This document shows, one piece after another, positions 36,783 through 46,816 of a stretch of 64,000 nucleotides of DNA; position 1 is the stretch's first letter; every line of letters starts with the position of its first letter. The notes beneath the pieces are model-generated. The model was not told the DNA's origin and ran no database searches. It saw only the letters and a program-made list of their open reading frames with translations. The DNA comes from a virus (taxonomy: Duplodnaviria > Caudoviricetes), in IMG/VR virus record IMGVR_UViG_2890449678_000009, positions 1 to 64,000 of that record; one strand, 5' to 3'. Made by a program: the position numbers and the translations under genes.

Positions 36783-37208
36783 ATGGCCTATGCGACGCTG
36801 GATGACCTGATTGAGCGCTTTGGGCGCGGGGAAATTGCCAGCACCAACCCCGATCGGAACGTGCCGCGTGGCACGTTGGACGGCGAGCGTGTGACGCGCA
36901 TCCTCACAGACGTATCGTCCACGATGGATAGCTACCTTCAGCGTCGCTATGTCGTGCCGGTATCACCTATTCCGCCGGTGTTGGTGCGGGTCTGCTGCCA
37001 GCTTGCCCGCTTTGACTTGGCCCTTGGCACAGCCAACGTGCCGAGTGAACAAATCCGCTCAGGCCAGCAAGCGGCGATGGCGTGGTTACGTGATATCGGT
37101 GCCGGTAAGGCCACGTTGGATGCGGTGGCGGTCGTGGATAATAGCGAAAGCTGGTCGCGCTTTAAGGGGCGCACGTCCTTCCATGGTCGAGGAGGGTCGG
37201 TCTTATGA
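36783..37208 (+). CDS. Mu gp36-like head-tail adaptor (DUF1320)
   Basis: MAYATLDDL..RFG, DSYL..RY..P, A..WL..I..GK. Confidence 0.9.
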   Translation: MAYATLDDLIERFGRGEIASTNPDRNVPRGTLDGERVTRILTDVSSTMDSYLQRRYVVPVSPIPPVLVRVCCQLARFDLALGTANVPSEQIRSGQQAAMAWLRDIGAGKATLDAVAVVDNSESWSRFKGRTSFHGRGGSVL

Positions 37209-37792
37209 CAGAGGCTCTCACACCAGCAGGCTATCCGCGTGCGATCTTAAAAGGCGATGTGGTTGGGAAGGCTTTTGAGGGCGTGCAAGCACGGCTGAAA
37301 GCCTTGTTCTCCGACACGATCTTTTCCCACGCCATCCTACCCCCTCATGCTACGCGCCAGACATGGGACAAGATCATCCAAAGCGCTCCTTGTGTGGCCT
37401 TGGGCTTGGGCGGTTGGCGAGCCAGCAACAAGCCCGGTTACGGCTTTATGGGCGATCTGAGCTTTCCGCTGGCGATCCTGCTCACGCATAGCGATCCCAA
37501 TGACCTTTATCTGGGCACGGGGGAGCTGCGCGATATTGGCGTTGCGGGAGTGATGGCCGCCATTGCGGGGGGCTTGCATGGCTGGGAGCTAGGCGATGTG
37601 GGGTCGTGCAAAGTCCACGCGATCACACTGCCCAACACAGAAGACTGGTTTGATGATCGCTCGGCCATCGTGGCCGTTGAACTCGTCTTTGAAAATGTGC
37701 GGCTCGACAATGCCGAAGCCCTTGCTGAGCTTGAGGATTTTCTCAGCCAACGCACACAAATCACACCACAAAAGGAGAACGGCCATGAGTGA
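37205..37792 (+). CDS. Mu gp37-like tail terminator/completion protein
   Basis: Synteny and size. Confidence 0.65.
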   Translation: MTEALTPAGYPRAILKGDVVGKAFEGVQARLKALFSDTIFSHAILPPHATRQTWDKIIQSAPCVALGLGGWRASNKPGYGFMGDLSFPLAILLTHSDPNDLYLGTGELRDIGVAGVMAAIAGGLHGWELGDVGSCKVHAITLPNTEDWFDDRSAIVAVELVFENVRLDNAEALAELEDFLSQRTQITPQKENGHE

Positions 37793-38009
37793 CGATAGTG
37801 TCAACGTGCGCCCTGCTGCGGGCCGTCGGGTGATGAGCCCACGCGGCGCTGACGTGCCCGCCAAGGGCTTTGCCATTAATCCGCGCGACCCTTGGTGGGC
37901 ACGGGCGCTGAGAAGCGGCGACATTGTGCCGATTAGCAACAGCGAACCGCCCTCTGATGCAACTCAAGCGGCACCCATCCTGCCCTCAAAGACTGAGGAG
38001 AAGAAATAA
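37785..38009 (+). CDS. Mu gp38-like (DUF2635) protein
   Basis: VRPAAGRRV..P...WW.R.L..GDIV; AAGGAG SD. Confidence 0.8.
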   Translation: MSDDSVNVRPAAGRRVMSPRGADVPAKGFAINPRDPWWARALRSGDIVPISNSEPPSDATQAAPILPSKTEEKK

Positions 38010-39484
38010 TGGATTTTGAACAAATCCCCGGTCAGCTGCATGTGCCCGGTTCTTATACCGAGATAAAAGACGTGCCTGCACCGGGTCGTCTGACGGGCAT
38101 GCCCGTGCGGCCACTCATTGTGGGGCCAACCGCGAAGAAAGAGCTGGCAGGCCAGCTGTTCCGCAACGTCTCCCCAGGGCATGTTGAGGGCCTGTTTGGT
38201 GCAGGGTCCGTCATCGCGCAGGCCGTGCGGACCTTTAGTGCTGAGCAGCCCATGTTGAGCGTCGATGTGGTGACAGTCACCACCCCCGATGGTGCGAAAC
38301 CTGCGACCGGCACGCTGGCTTTTTCAGGTGCTCCACAACGGGCTGGAACGGCAGCCATCCTTGTGGGTGGGCAGCGGGTTAGCTGGCCTGTGGCCACTAA
38401 CGACACGCCGCAAAATATCGCAGCGCAGTTGCTGACAGCGATCAATGCCAGCACGCTTACACAAAATACAGGCGTAACCGCCGCCCTTGGTAAGGACGGC
38501 ACGTCTGTCGTCTTTACCGCTGGTGAAGGCGGCGCGGTCACCAATGATATCGACCTCCGCCTCTCTTCCGCCCTGAGTGACCAAGTGCCGGGCATGGTCG
38601 TGACTGTTACGCCGATGAGCGAAGGCACAGGCACACCCGACGTTACGCCTGCGGTGATGGCGTTGGGTGAGATTTGGTACACGGACGTTGTCCTCCTAGT
38701 GAATGACCAAGCGGCTGTCAGTGCGTTCGTCCAAGAAGCTAAACGTCGTGGCAATGCGATGGTGGCTAAGGATATGCGGGTCTGTGTGGGGCTGCGAGCC
38801 TCTATGGGCCAAGCGCTCGCCTTCCAGCAGAACTTTGGAACATCGGAAGAGCTTGTGCTCTTTGCTTGGGAAAATCCGCGTGCGTCGTCTTGGCAGATGG
38901 CGGCCTCGTTGGGAGCAGTGATGGCCCAAAGCCTCAACACAGACCCCGCCCGACAGCTGCGCGGTTTACCGCTGACGACCCTAACGGGGTTGGGGCCTGA
39001 GCATGGCGATGATTTCACCTTTAACCAGCGCAACCTGATGCTCGGCACAGGCTGCACAACCGTAACAGTAAGCGAAGATGGCACGATTGCACTGGAGCGT
39101 GTGGTCACCACCCGCGTGACGATGCCGGAGACAGGCACGGCATCGGGTGTGTGGGATGTGATGATCCCCGCTATTGGGGCACGCGTCCGCTTTGAGTGGA
39201 ACAGTTTTGCCGAAGCCAACTATGCCCGCGCCAAACTGGCCGATGATGGCAGCCCGCTGGCCAATGTTGACGGTGTGGTCACGCCCAAAACGCTCAAAGC
39301 CTCATGGATCGGCCAATGTAAGCTCTATGAGCAGCAAGGCTGGATTGATGATGTGGCCACCACAGGGCCACAGGCGGTGTTTGAGCGGGACGCAACAGAC
39401 CGGAACCGTGTGAACAGCTCGCTGCCCATCTTGCCGATGGGCTCGCTTATGGTCTTGGCCAATATTCTGACATTGGAGGTCTAA
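38009..39484 (+). CDS. Tail sheath protein (Mu gpL-like)
   Basis: FEQIP..LHVPG.Y.E, LFGAGS, DPARQL, ERVVTT, KLADDG, ERD..D.NRVN. Confidence 0.94.
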   Translation: MDFEQIPGQLHVPGSYTEIKDVPAPGRLTGMPVRPLIVGPTAKKELAGQLFRNVSPGHVEGLFGAGSVIAQAVRTFSAEQPMLSVDVVTVTTPDGAKPATGTLAFSGAPQRAGTAAILVGGQRVSWPVATNDTPQNIAAQLLTAINASTLTQNTGVTAALGKDGTSVVFTAGEGGAVTNDIDLRLSSALSDQVPGMVVTVTPMSEGTGTPDVTPAVMALGEIWYTDVVLLVNDQAAVSAFVQEAKRRGNAMVAKDMRVCVGLRASMGQALAFQQNFGTSEELVLFAWENPRASSWQMAASLGAVMAQSLNTDPARQLRGLPLTTLTGLGPEHGDDFTFNQRNLMLGTGCTTVTVSEDGTIALERVVTTRVTMPETGTASGVWDVMIPAIGARVRFEWNSFAEANYARAKLADDGSPLANVDGVVTPKTLKASWIGQCKLYEQQGWIDDVATTGPQAVFERDATDRNRVNSSLPILPMGSLMVLANILTLEV

Positions 39485-39488
39485 GCTG

Positions 39489-39842
39489 ATGGCGCAGACA
39501 TTAGGACTGATCCGCCTTTTCTGGCGGGGCAAACAGTATGACGTGCAAAAGGGCGTGAAGTTTCGCACAGCGGGACTAAAAAACGAGAGTGTGAACGCCA
39601 ATTTCCGCGCTTTGCGGAGCACGCAATATCAGGTGGGTGACGTCAAAGCCACGATTGTCCCCACGAAAGACACCAGCCCCTCGGACTTTGCTCCAGCGCT
39701 TGGTGAAGGCGAACTGCAACTGCAAGCCGATACCGGGAAAACATGGGTCATGGCGGACGCCTACGTCATGGAACAGCCCGAATGGAGTGACGACGGCAAG
39801 GTCAGCGTCACATGGAATTTCAATACCGTTCAGGAGTTTTAA
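39489..39842 (+). CDS. Tail tube protein (Mu gpM-like)
   Basis: Follows the sheath gene; 117 aa; ADTGKTW..A.A motif. Confidence 0.85.
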   Translation: MAQTLGLIRLFWRGKQYDVQKGVKFRTAGLKNESVNANFRALRSTQYQVGDVKATIVPTKDTSPSDFAPALGEGELQLQADTGKTWVMADAYVMEQPEWSDDGKVSVTWNFNTVQEF

Positions 39843-39845
39843 GCG

Positions 39846-40324
39846 ATGAACGACATGACACTCAATACCCTCCCCCAAGGTGCAGAACGGCGTGATGATG
39901 GGGCCGTGCGCTATACGTTCTCCGAACCAGCCACGCTCCCTTCCACCAATGGTGGGGAGGACCGCGTTCTTACTGAACTGGTCATTCGCAAGCCCTTATC
40001 TGGTGACCTCATTGATGCGGGGACGGACGATAATAAGGCCCTGTTTAGCTTTAACCTCCTCTGTGCGCTCTCGGGGCAAACGGACGCCATTGGCAAGAGC
40101 CTGATGCGGCGATTGGCCCCCCGTGATTACTTGGCGTGCCAGAGCGTGGTGGCGGCTTTTTTCAACAATGGCCAGACGACTGGCCTGTAAGGCTGGCCGC
40201 ACTGGCCAATACGCTTGGCTTTGGGCGCGATGATCTGCGCGCCCTGACCCTCAATGAGCTTTACTTTTGGACGGCAGCCCAAGCCGATTACGGGGCTGCT
40301 GTGGTGAGCCAGAGTGAGGACTAA
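39846..40324 (+). CDS. Tail assembly chaperone (39846-40190) with predicted -1 frameshift extension to 40324
   Basis: Slippery T TTT TTC at 40157-40163; the -1 frame is open to 40324 (WP...GF..D.L..LTL.EL.FW). Confidence 0.8.
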
Positions 40325-40342
40325 CCCCACAAGGAGGCGCTT

Positions 40343-42739
40343 ATGGCAGGCGACTTAAACGCACAATTTGAGCTTTCGCTGCTCGATAAAATCAGCGCGC
40401 CCTTGCGGGAAGTTCTCGACCGTTTGGAGGGTTTGAACAGCGTTTTAAGCCGATTTGAAGGCCAAGGGAACGAGGCAACGGGGGCGACCGATGCGCTCCA
40501 TCGTGCTCTCAGCGAAGCCAGTGGCGGCGCAGATGGCGCCGCTGAGGCGATGGGTAAAGCGGGCCTGAGCCTTGGTGAGATGGGCGGCTCAAGCATTGAA
40601 GCAGCGCGCACGAGTGCTGCGTTGAACGATGTGCTGACCCAAGTCGGCACAGGCGCCAACGCGGCGAGCGAGGCCGTTGGGCGCGTGGCTGAGGCAATGG
40701 ACACGGCTGGCCAGCACGGCGCAGAAGCCGCTGAGGGTATGACGCCGTTTGTCCAAGAAATGGACCAGGTGGAACAATCCGCTGAACGCTCTTTAGGGGT
40801 GTTGAGGCGGTTGCGCTCCGCGATGAGCGGCATGGGCGAGGTTCAGGGCGGCTTTAAGGGGGCGATGCACGGCTTCCATGACAAATGGGGCCAAGCCCAG
40901 ATGCGCGGCTTTGGGGCGCTGATGTCGGGCTTTGAGCTGGTGGAGCCCGTAAAGCAAGCGGCAGAATATGACAACACGATCCGCCATGTCGGCATTGGGC
41001 TAGAAATACATGGTGGTGCGTTAGATCAATATGTCGCTGATGAGAAGGTAAAGATTAACCAACTCGCCCGCTCAACCGGGCAACGTAGCGGCGACCTTGC
41101 CGAAGCTCTGGGCTTTTTCTCCCGCGAAGGGTTCCGAGGGCAAGAACTGGAGAACTCACTAGCCACCACCGCCAAGATTGCCACCGCCTATAATGCGCAC
41201 CCCGAAGCGGTGGCGAAATCGGCCTTTGCGCTGAAGGAAAATCTGGGCATTGATGATGCCCACCTCCAAGGAGCACTCGCCTCTGTGGCGATTGCTGGGA
41301 AACAGGCGGATTTGCCGTTTGAGAAATTAGCGCCTTTGTTGCCGCAGGTAGCCGCTTCTGCTGGGGCGTTGGGCATTCATGGTCGGGCTGGTGTTAATGA
41401 CCTCGCTGCCGCCTTGGCTGTCGTGAGAAAAAGCACCGGCACAGAAGGTGAAGCCGCTACAGATGCGAGAGCATTCCTTCAGACGATAACGTCTTCCCAC
41501 GGTGCCAAAAAATGGCGTGAAATTTTTGGTGAAGACCTATTCAAACTCGAAGATACTGCTCGAAAACATGGCCAAGACCCGATGATGGTGGTCATGGAAC
41601 GCATCCGCTCTTTAGTTCAACACCTGCATGGCGATCGAAACAAAGCGTTTTCCATGATCTTCCATAATCTGGAGGATAAAGGCTTTGCTAATGGGGTATT
41701 AGATCACTGGAAACAATATCAAGATATTCATCAAAAGGTTTCAGGTGCCACGCAAGGCGTCATTGACCATGATTACGCTGACGGGCGCAAAAGCGGCCTT
41801 ATTGCGGTGCAGGAGTTCGAGGATGCGACCACGCAGCTTATGCGCCGCATTGGCGATGATTTCACACCAACGCTGAGGCTGGTGACAGCAGGCATTACGG
41901 AGGTCAATGTCGGCCTTGAGAAGATGGACGCTGTGATGCCGGGTGTGTCCAAATATCTCATTGGCGGTGTTGGAGCCTTTATCGGCGTCATTACGGTGAT
42001 GTCCGCTGTGGGGGCTGTGGCCTCGGCTGTCTCGGCGGGATTTGGGGTTGTGATGGCCATTGGTGGCGCTATTGCCCCGGTCTTTGGGGTGTTGGGGGCT
42101 GCGATTGGTGCGGTCGGCTGGCCGGTTATTGGGGTTGTCGCCCTTATCGCAGGCCTCGCGGTCGCGATCTATGAGATGTGGGCGCATTGGGGCACGGTCA
42201 AAGCATGGCTGATCTCCGCCGGTCATACGGTGGGCCATGCGATTAGCCAGATCGGCGCCCCTCTTGGCTTGATCCTCGGCCCGATTGGGGCGGTTGGTGT
42301 GGCCCTTTATGAGATGTGGAAACATTGGGACACGGTTAAGCGCGTGCTCGACCAGACGGGGATCGCCATTGTCCAGTTCATCAACCATATCATCGACATC
42401 TTACCCGGAACGCTCTCCAAAGGCTTGCATGCGCTGATGAGCGGGCCTGACCATCCTGCGCCCAACCCGGCTTTGCTTGGTCCCGATGGGCGCTATAAGC
42501 CGCTTGTTAGCCCTGACGAGCAATGGAAGCGCAATTGGAAGGCACAGCCGCCTACGCTGGTTCGGCCTGTGCCGCCACCCCTTCCGGCTCTTGGTCAGCA
42601 GGGGCGCGCTAAAGATTCCCATATCCACCTCCATGTCACCGCTGATGAGGGGCTGAAGGCCCATGCACACTCCCAGCGAGGGATGCCGCTTAATGTGCAT
42701 GTCCATGGTAGCCCGAACTCTATGATGGGGAGGCCATAA
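40343..42739 (+). CDS. Tape measure protein
   Basis: Ala/Gly-rich; L.DKISAPL start; G.EA.T...FL core; hydrophobic W repeats. Confidence 0.92.
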   Translation: MAGDLNAQFELSLLDKISAPLREVLDRLEGLNSVLSRFEGQGNEATGATDALHRALSEASGGADGAAEAMGKAGLSLGEMGGSSIEAARTSAALNDVLTQVGTGANAASEAVGRVAEAMDTAGQHGAEAAEGMTPFVQEMDQVEQSAERSLGVLRRLRSAMSGMGEVQGGFKGAMHGFHDKWGQAQMRGFGALMSGFELVEPVKQAAEYDNTIRHVGIGLEIHGGALDQYVADEKVKINQLARSTGQRSGDLAEALGFFSREGFRGQELENSLATTAKIATAYNAHPEAVAKSAFALKENLGIDDAHLQGALASVAIAGKQADLPFEKLAPLLPQVAASAGALGIHGRAGVNDLAAALAVVRKSTGTEGEAATDARAFLQTITSSHGAKKWREIFGEDLFKLEDTARKHGQDPMMVVMERIRSLVQHLHGDRNKAFSMIFHNLEDKGFANGVLDHWKQYQDIHQKVSGATQGVIDHDYADGRKSGLIAVQEFEDATTQLMRRIGDDFTPTLRLVTAGITEVNVGLEKMDAVMPGVSKYLIGGVGAFIGVITVMSAVGAVASAVSAGFGVVMAIGGAIAPVFGVLGAAIGAVGWPVIGVVALIAGLAVAIYEMWAHWGTVKAWLISAGHTVGHAISQIGAPLGLILGPIGAVGVALYEMWKHWDTVKRVLDQTGIAIVQFINHIIDILPGTLSKGLHALMSGPDHPAPNPALLGPDGRYKPLVSPDEQWKRNWKAQPPTLVRPVPPPLPALGQQGRAKDSHIHLHVTADEGLKAHAHSQRGMPLNVHVHGSPNSMMGRP

Positions 42740-42741
42740 TC

Positions 42742-44160
42742 ATGGGTGATCTTAGCTTTGGCTTGAGTGGCCTTGCAGGGCCTGAACTTTCCGCTTTGGG
42801 TGGGGGCATGGCCGGTGGGCTGCTCAGCCGCTTTGCCAATTATGCCTCTCTCGGTGGTGTATCTTTTGCCGTCATTGACTCTAAAGAAGAGATTGGCCGA
42901 CGCATTAACCGCGTGCTGTTCCCTGACCTCCCGCCCAGCAAGCAGGTCTTTCAAGATTTTGGCGCGATTGATACGCCCATCACCATTACCGGCGTCATTG
43001 TGGGTGATGATTACGTCATTCGTGCCACGCGAATGCGCAAAACCCTCGCCAAACCGGGGCGAATGACGCTGTTGCACCCTTGGTGGGGGCGACTGAAAGT
43101 GCGCCTCGTCCACCCCGCACAGATTAGCTTTAGCGAGCGCCAAATCCGTGTGGCCCATTTCCAAGCGGTTGTGGTGCGCGACCCCGACCCGCCCGCTAAA
43201 AAAGGGTTCTTCGGGTCGCTCATTGATACGGTTAATGACCTGCTTGAACAAGCGGACGGCTTGATGGATGACGTTCAAGAGGCCGTAGCTTCTGTGCTTT
43301 CTGCCGTCTCGCTGCCCTTAGCGTTGGTCAATTCTGTGTCATCGCTGATCTCTCAAGGGTCTGGGATATGGGATAGCCTGACTGAACGCGCGCCCGAGCC
43401 GATCAAGGCGGCCATGACCGCTCCGCAAGCGGCGATGAACACGGCCATTGTGCCGCCCCAACGCAATATCGACCAAAGCTATGCCAACGCTGTGTCAGCG
43501 GCTTTGATCGCCGTGCCTGCCTCCTTAGCGGGCTGTGTCAGCACGGAAGAGAGCAGCGTGATCGCGCCTGTGTCTGAAGGAACAGACCGTGACGGAACCG
43601 CCGACAATGAGCCCATCACCGGACAGCAGATCGCGTCTCTTCTCCTTGCTGGGTCTGAACAATTTGGACAGCTTGCTGATCGTCTCAGCCAAAGCAACCC
43701 CGACCCGTCCGCCGTCCTCGCCTTGGGCGTTGCCGCGCGAGCGGTGCTTGTCAGTCAGCTGGCCTCCGCCTGGGCCGATTGTGTCTTTGTCAGCAATGAA
43801 GACGCCCAAGCTCTGCTCACTCAAATAACAGACGCCATTGACGGGCTGACCAATGATGTCGTGGCCGCCAGTGGTGGGCAGACACGCGTTGCCTTGCAGC
43901 CGCTTTTTACCCGCCTGCAAAAGCTGCGCTGTGCGTTCATCAATGACGGTTCTGCTCAAATTGGCTCCCTGCCGACGGTCGTGGATGTGCCTGTCGCCGT
44001 GCCGCGTTCGCTATGGGCGCTGACATACGCGTTGCAGGGCGATGATGTGAGCACGGTTCAGCCCATGCTCGATGATGCGGTGAGCCGTAACGCCATCCTC
44101 CATCCCGGCCATGTCGGCCCCACCACATTGGCGATGTTGGAGAATGACAATGAGTTCTGA
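42742..44160 (+). CDS. Mu gpN-like DNA circularisation protein
   Basis: ASLGGVSF.V, GRR....FP, PG..L.HPW.G, RN.I.HPG. Confidence 0.88.
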   Translation: MGDLSFGLSGLAGPELSALGGGMAGGLLSRFANYASLGGVSFAVIDSKEEIGRRINRVLFPDLPPSKQVFQDFGAIDTPITITGVIVGDDYVIRATRMRKTLAKPGRMTLLHPWWGRLKVRLVHPAQISFSERQIRVAHFQAVVVRDPDPPAKKGFFGSLIDTVNDLLEQADGLMDDVQEAVASVLSAVSLPLALVNSVSSLISQGSGIWDSLTERAPEPIKAAMTAPQAAMNTAIVPPQRNIDQSYANAVSAALIAVPASLAGCVSTEESSVIAPVSEGTDRDGTADNEPITGQQIASLLLAGSEQFGQLADRLSQSNPDPSAVLALGVAARAVLVSQLASAWADCVFVSNEDAQALLTQITDAIDGLTNDVVAASGGQTRVALQPLFTRLQKLRCAFINDGSAQIGSLPTVVDVPVAVPRSLWALTYALQGDDVSTVQPMLDDAVSRNAILHPGHVGPTTLAMLENDNEF

Positions 44161-45457
44161 GCATATTGTTGTCCACCGGAACCGTGTGGCGAACCTCTTT
44201 CTTGGTGGGAAAGAATGTCTGTTCTGGCAGTCCCTTGAGGTCGGGATGGACCTCGGCAATCTCGCCAGCATCTGGCGGGCGGAGCTGCGGCTTCCCGTGC
44301 CACTTCCCAAAGGGGCCATGCCCAAGATTGGGCAGTCTGTGCGTATTGAGATTGCGGGGCAACCGATCTTAAAAGGCTGGCTGGAGGCGATTAACACGCG
44401 CGGTGACGACCATAGTCTGAGCGTGACCGTCTCGGGTCGTGATCTGGCGGGTGATCTCGTCGATTGCGCGGCCCAAGCGCAAGGGCCGGGCCGGATGGAT
44501 AAGGTTAGGCTTGAAGCCATCGTGGGCACTCTCTCCCAACCCTTTGGCCTATCGGTGCAATCGGTGGTGGATACGGGCGCTCCCTTTGAGGTGGTGGCCT
44601 TTGACACGAGTGCGAAGGCCATTGATGTCATTGAGCAACAATCGCGCCAGCGCGGGGTGTTGGTGACATCCAACGGGTTGGGTCGTTTGCTACTGACCAA
44701 GCCCGGTTCCACACGGGCGGAAGAAAAGATCGTCTATCCCGGTGGGAATGTGCGGGCGATGGAAGCGCGGATCACGCAGCGCTTTTCGGACCATATCGTT
44801 AAAGCACAAGGCCGCTCGCGCCATCGCGGCACCAAAGCGCCGCTTTTCCCCGGTTTGGCGGCAGGTAGTCCGGCCCGCATTAAAGGCATGGGCGCTCATG
44901 AAGAGCGAGCAGCTTGCCAGTTTGGTTATTGCCATGATGGCGGTGTGGGCCGCTATCGCCCACGGGTCTATCTGGCACGAACGAGTAGCGACCAACATCC
45001 TCAGCTTTCGCGCTCTGGAGATGCTCTAGACACGCTCCTCACACAGTCCCAGCGCCAGAAGAAGCCGGGCTATCGCAAAGCGACTGCTCCTACACAAGCT
45101 GAAACCAAGCCCCGGAAAGCAGGTCAGCCTTATTCGCTGGACGACCAAGCGGCATGGCGGATGCGCACGTCACGCGCGGGCGCTACCGCCTTTATTTACA
45201 CCGTGCCCAGCCTGACGACATCGACAGGCGCTCTATGGCGGCCCAATCAGCTCGTCCATGTGACCGACCATGTGAATGGGATTGATGGCGATATGCTGAT
45301 TGCCGGGGTGACGTGGTCGATCAATGAGCGCGAGATGAGCACCAAGCTCTCTGTCGTGCCGCCCGATGCGTATGACCTGACAGGCCAAGCTGACCGCACG
45401 CCCCGCCATGGACGTTCTGTGCGTAAAGCGGGTTTAGCTGGGAGGCATAAACGATGA
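44150..45457 (+). CDS. Mu gp44 (P)-like baseplate hub
   Basis: GRD.AGDLVDC, G.L.LT, RFS, D.GV.RYRP, LW.PN.LV. Confidence 0.9.
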   Translation: MSSEHIVVHRNRVANLFLGGKECLFWQSLEVGMDLGNLASIWRAELRLPVPLPKGAMPKIGQSVRIEIAGQPILKGWLEAINTRGDDHSLSVTVSGRDLAGDLVDCAAQAQGPGRMDKVRLEAIVGTLSQPFGLSVQSVVDTGAPFEVVAFDTSAKAIDVIEQQSRQRGVLVTSNGLGRLLLTKPGSTRAEEKIVYPGGNVRAMEARITQRFSDHIVKAQGRSRHRGTKAPLFPGLAAGSPARIKGMGAHEERAACQFGYCHDGGVGRYRPRVYLARTSSDQHPQLSRSGDALDTLLTQSQRQKKPGYRKATAPTQAETKPRKAGQPYSLDDQAAWRMRTSRAGATAFIYTVPSLTTSTGALWRPNQLVHVTDHVNGIDGDMLIAGVTWSINEREMSTKLSVVPPDAYDLTGQADRTPRHGRSVRKAGLAGRHKR

Positions 45458-45990
45458 CTGTCTTGGACATCTACCACACCATTCGTTCGCAAATTCTGCG
45501 TGCTGTGGTCAAAGCACTAGATGATAGCGGACCTGAGCAGCGCGTGGCGCTGAAGACCCATGCAGGCCAAGAACGCACCGCGATCCCCGTGCATTACCCG
45601 TTCGGTTTTGGAGCGCATGTGCCACTCGATGGCGCGGTGACGCATGTGCTTCAAAATGGCAGCGACCCATCGGACCTCGTGGCGATGCCGCCCTCCAATC
45701 CGGGAGCGGCCCGGTTGGGCGGCCTGCAAGAAGGCGAAAGCGTGCTTTATGATAGCGTCGGGCAGCGTGTCCTTCTCAAATCTGGGCAGATGGTCGAGAT
45801 TGACGCAACACAGGCCGTCAATGTGAAAATCGCCGGGAAACCCGTCATGACCGTGACAGAGGCCGGTGTGCAGATTAACGGGATTGTACAAGCCAGCGGC
45901 GATGTCACAGCAGGATCAATCTCGCTTCAGCATCATGTGCATGGCGGTGTGCAAGTGGGCGGCGGAACAAGCAAAGGACCAACATCATGA
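45454..45990 (+). CDS. Mu gp45 (Q)-like baseplate spike
   Basis: GE..LYD..G; C-terminal ISL.HHVHGGV iron-binding tip. Confidence 0.9.
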   Translation: MTVLDIYHTIRSQILRAVVKALDDSGPEQRVALKTHAGQERTAIPVHYPFGFGAHVPLDGAVTHVLQNGSDPSDLVAMPPSNPGAARLGGLQEGESVLYDSVGQRVLLKSGQMVEIDATQAVNVKIAGKPVMTVTEAGVQINGIVQASGDVTAGSISLQHHVHGGVQVGGGTSKGPTS

Positions 45991-46511
45991 CCGTTAGTCG
46001 ATCAGCGTATCTCTGGCTTTTGGATGAGAAAAAGAAACTGGCAGAGGAAGGGTATAAGGAAATCATGGCTTCTTATGAGCAGCTTAAAGCGCGGCTCTTG
46101 AGTATCTTGACCTTTTCAATTACGCTCAGTTCAGCCTGTTACACAGGAGCCGCAACAGGTGGAACTTATTCACCGCTATGTCTGCTTATGGCGCTAGGCT
46201 TTACGGGCACTGCTTTTCTATGCGGTTTAGGACTTTATCCAACACCGGTCCGAACAAAGAACGTAAAGACTGATGCTCTAGATATTGTGTTAAATGTGGA
46301 GCCTGCTGTCGAGAGTAAGGAAGATACCTATAAGCGTCTTACATATTTTATTGAAACAACTTCTCTGGAAAATGCCCGTAGCCTTAGCAAAGATCGCCGC
46401 TATTTAAAGCGTGCATGGCAAGTGCTTATTGGCACGCCATTTGTATCATTTCTTTTGGTCTGTATGGGACGGCTTGTCATCTGGATAGTGTATTGGGAGG
46501 GTTGGGCCTAA
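45987..46511 (+). CDS. Inserted three-TM membrane protein (moron)
   Basis: Lower GC; two N-terminal and one C-terminal hydrophobic helices; not part of the Mu baseplate order. Confidence 0.7.
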   Translation: MTVSRSAYLWLLDEKKKLAEEGYKEIMASYEQLKARLLSILTFSITLSSACYTGAATGGTYSPLCLLMALGFTGTAFLCGLGLYPTPVRTKNVKTDALDIVLNVEPAVESKEDTYKRLTYFIETTSLENARSLSKDRRYLKRAWQVLIGTPFVSFLLVCMGRLVIWIVYWEGWA

Positions 46512-46655
46512 AATGACTTCTCCTAACCCTTTACTATGAAGGGTCACTCTCTCCTGCGACGCATAACTATTACGTTCATCATGTTCAGCCGCCTTTAAAA
46601 TATCAGTAGCACTTGGCTTTTCATTGGATGGTTTCGTTTTATTACTGTCACTCAT
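46446..46655 (-). CDS. Small hydrophilic antisense ORF
   Basis: AGGAGG SD before ATG 46655; convergent with the membrane gene. Confidence 0.45.
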   Translation of the reverse strand: MSDSNKTKPSNEKPSATDILKAAEHDERNSYASQERVTLHSKGLGEVILGPTLPIHYPDDKPSHTDQKK

Positions 46656-46758
46656 GAGGCCCTCCTGCAAAATAAAGCCATTATGAGAGGGAGTCGTGTC
46701 AATATTTCCGGCATTGAAGAGAGTATAAAACACCCTTCAAACACCGTTTTCACCCCCA

Positions 46759-46816
46759 TTTCGGGGTATAGGTTGGAGTCCTGAAAGTTCATACAGACCT
46801 TCCGTAATGTGTCTGT
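46759..46816 (+). promoter_or_regulatory. Late promoter 3
   Basis: TTTCGGGGTATAGGTTGGAGTCCTGAAA plus TAATGT 6 nt before ATG 46817. Confidence 0.75.

Noticed and set aside
38053-39219. Long antisense ORFs (also 30908-31870, 28838-29500, 44011-44712, 8793-9506)
   Set aside because: Shadows of well-supported structural or replication genes in GC-rich coding DNA.
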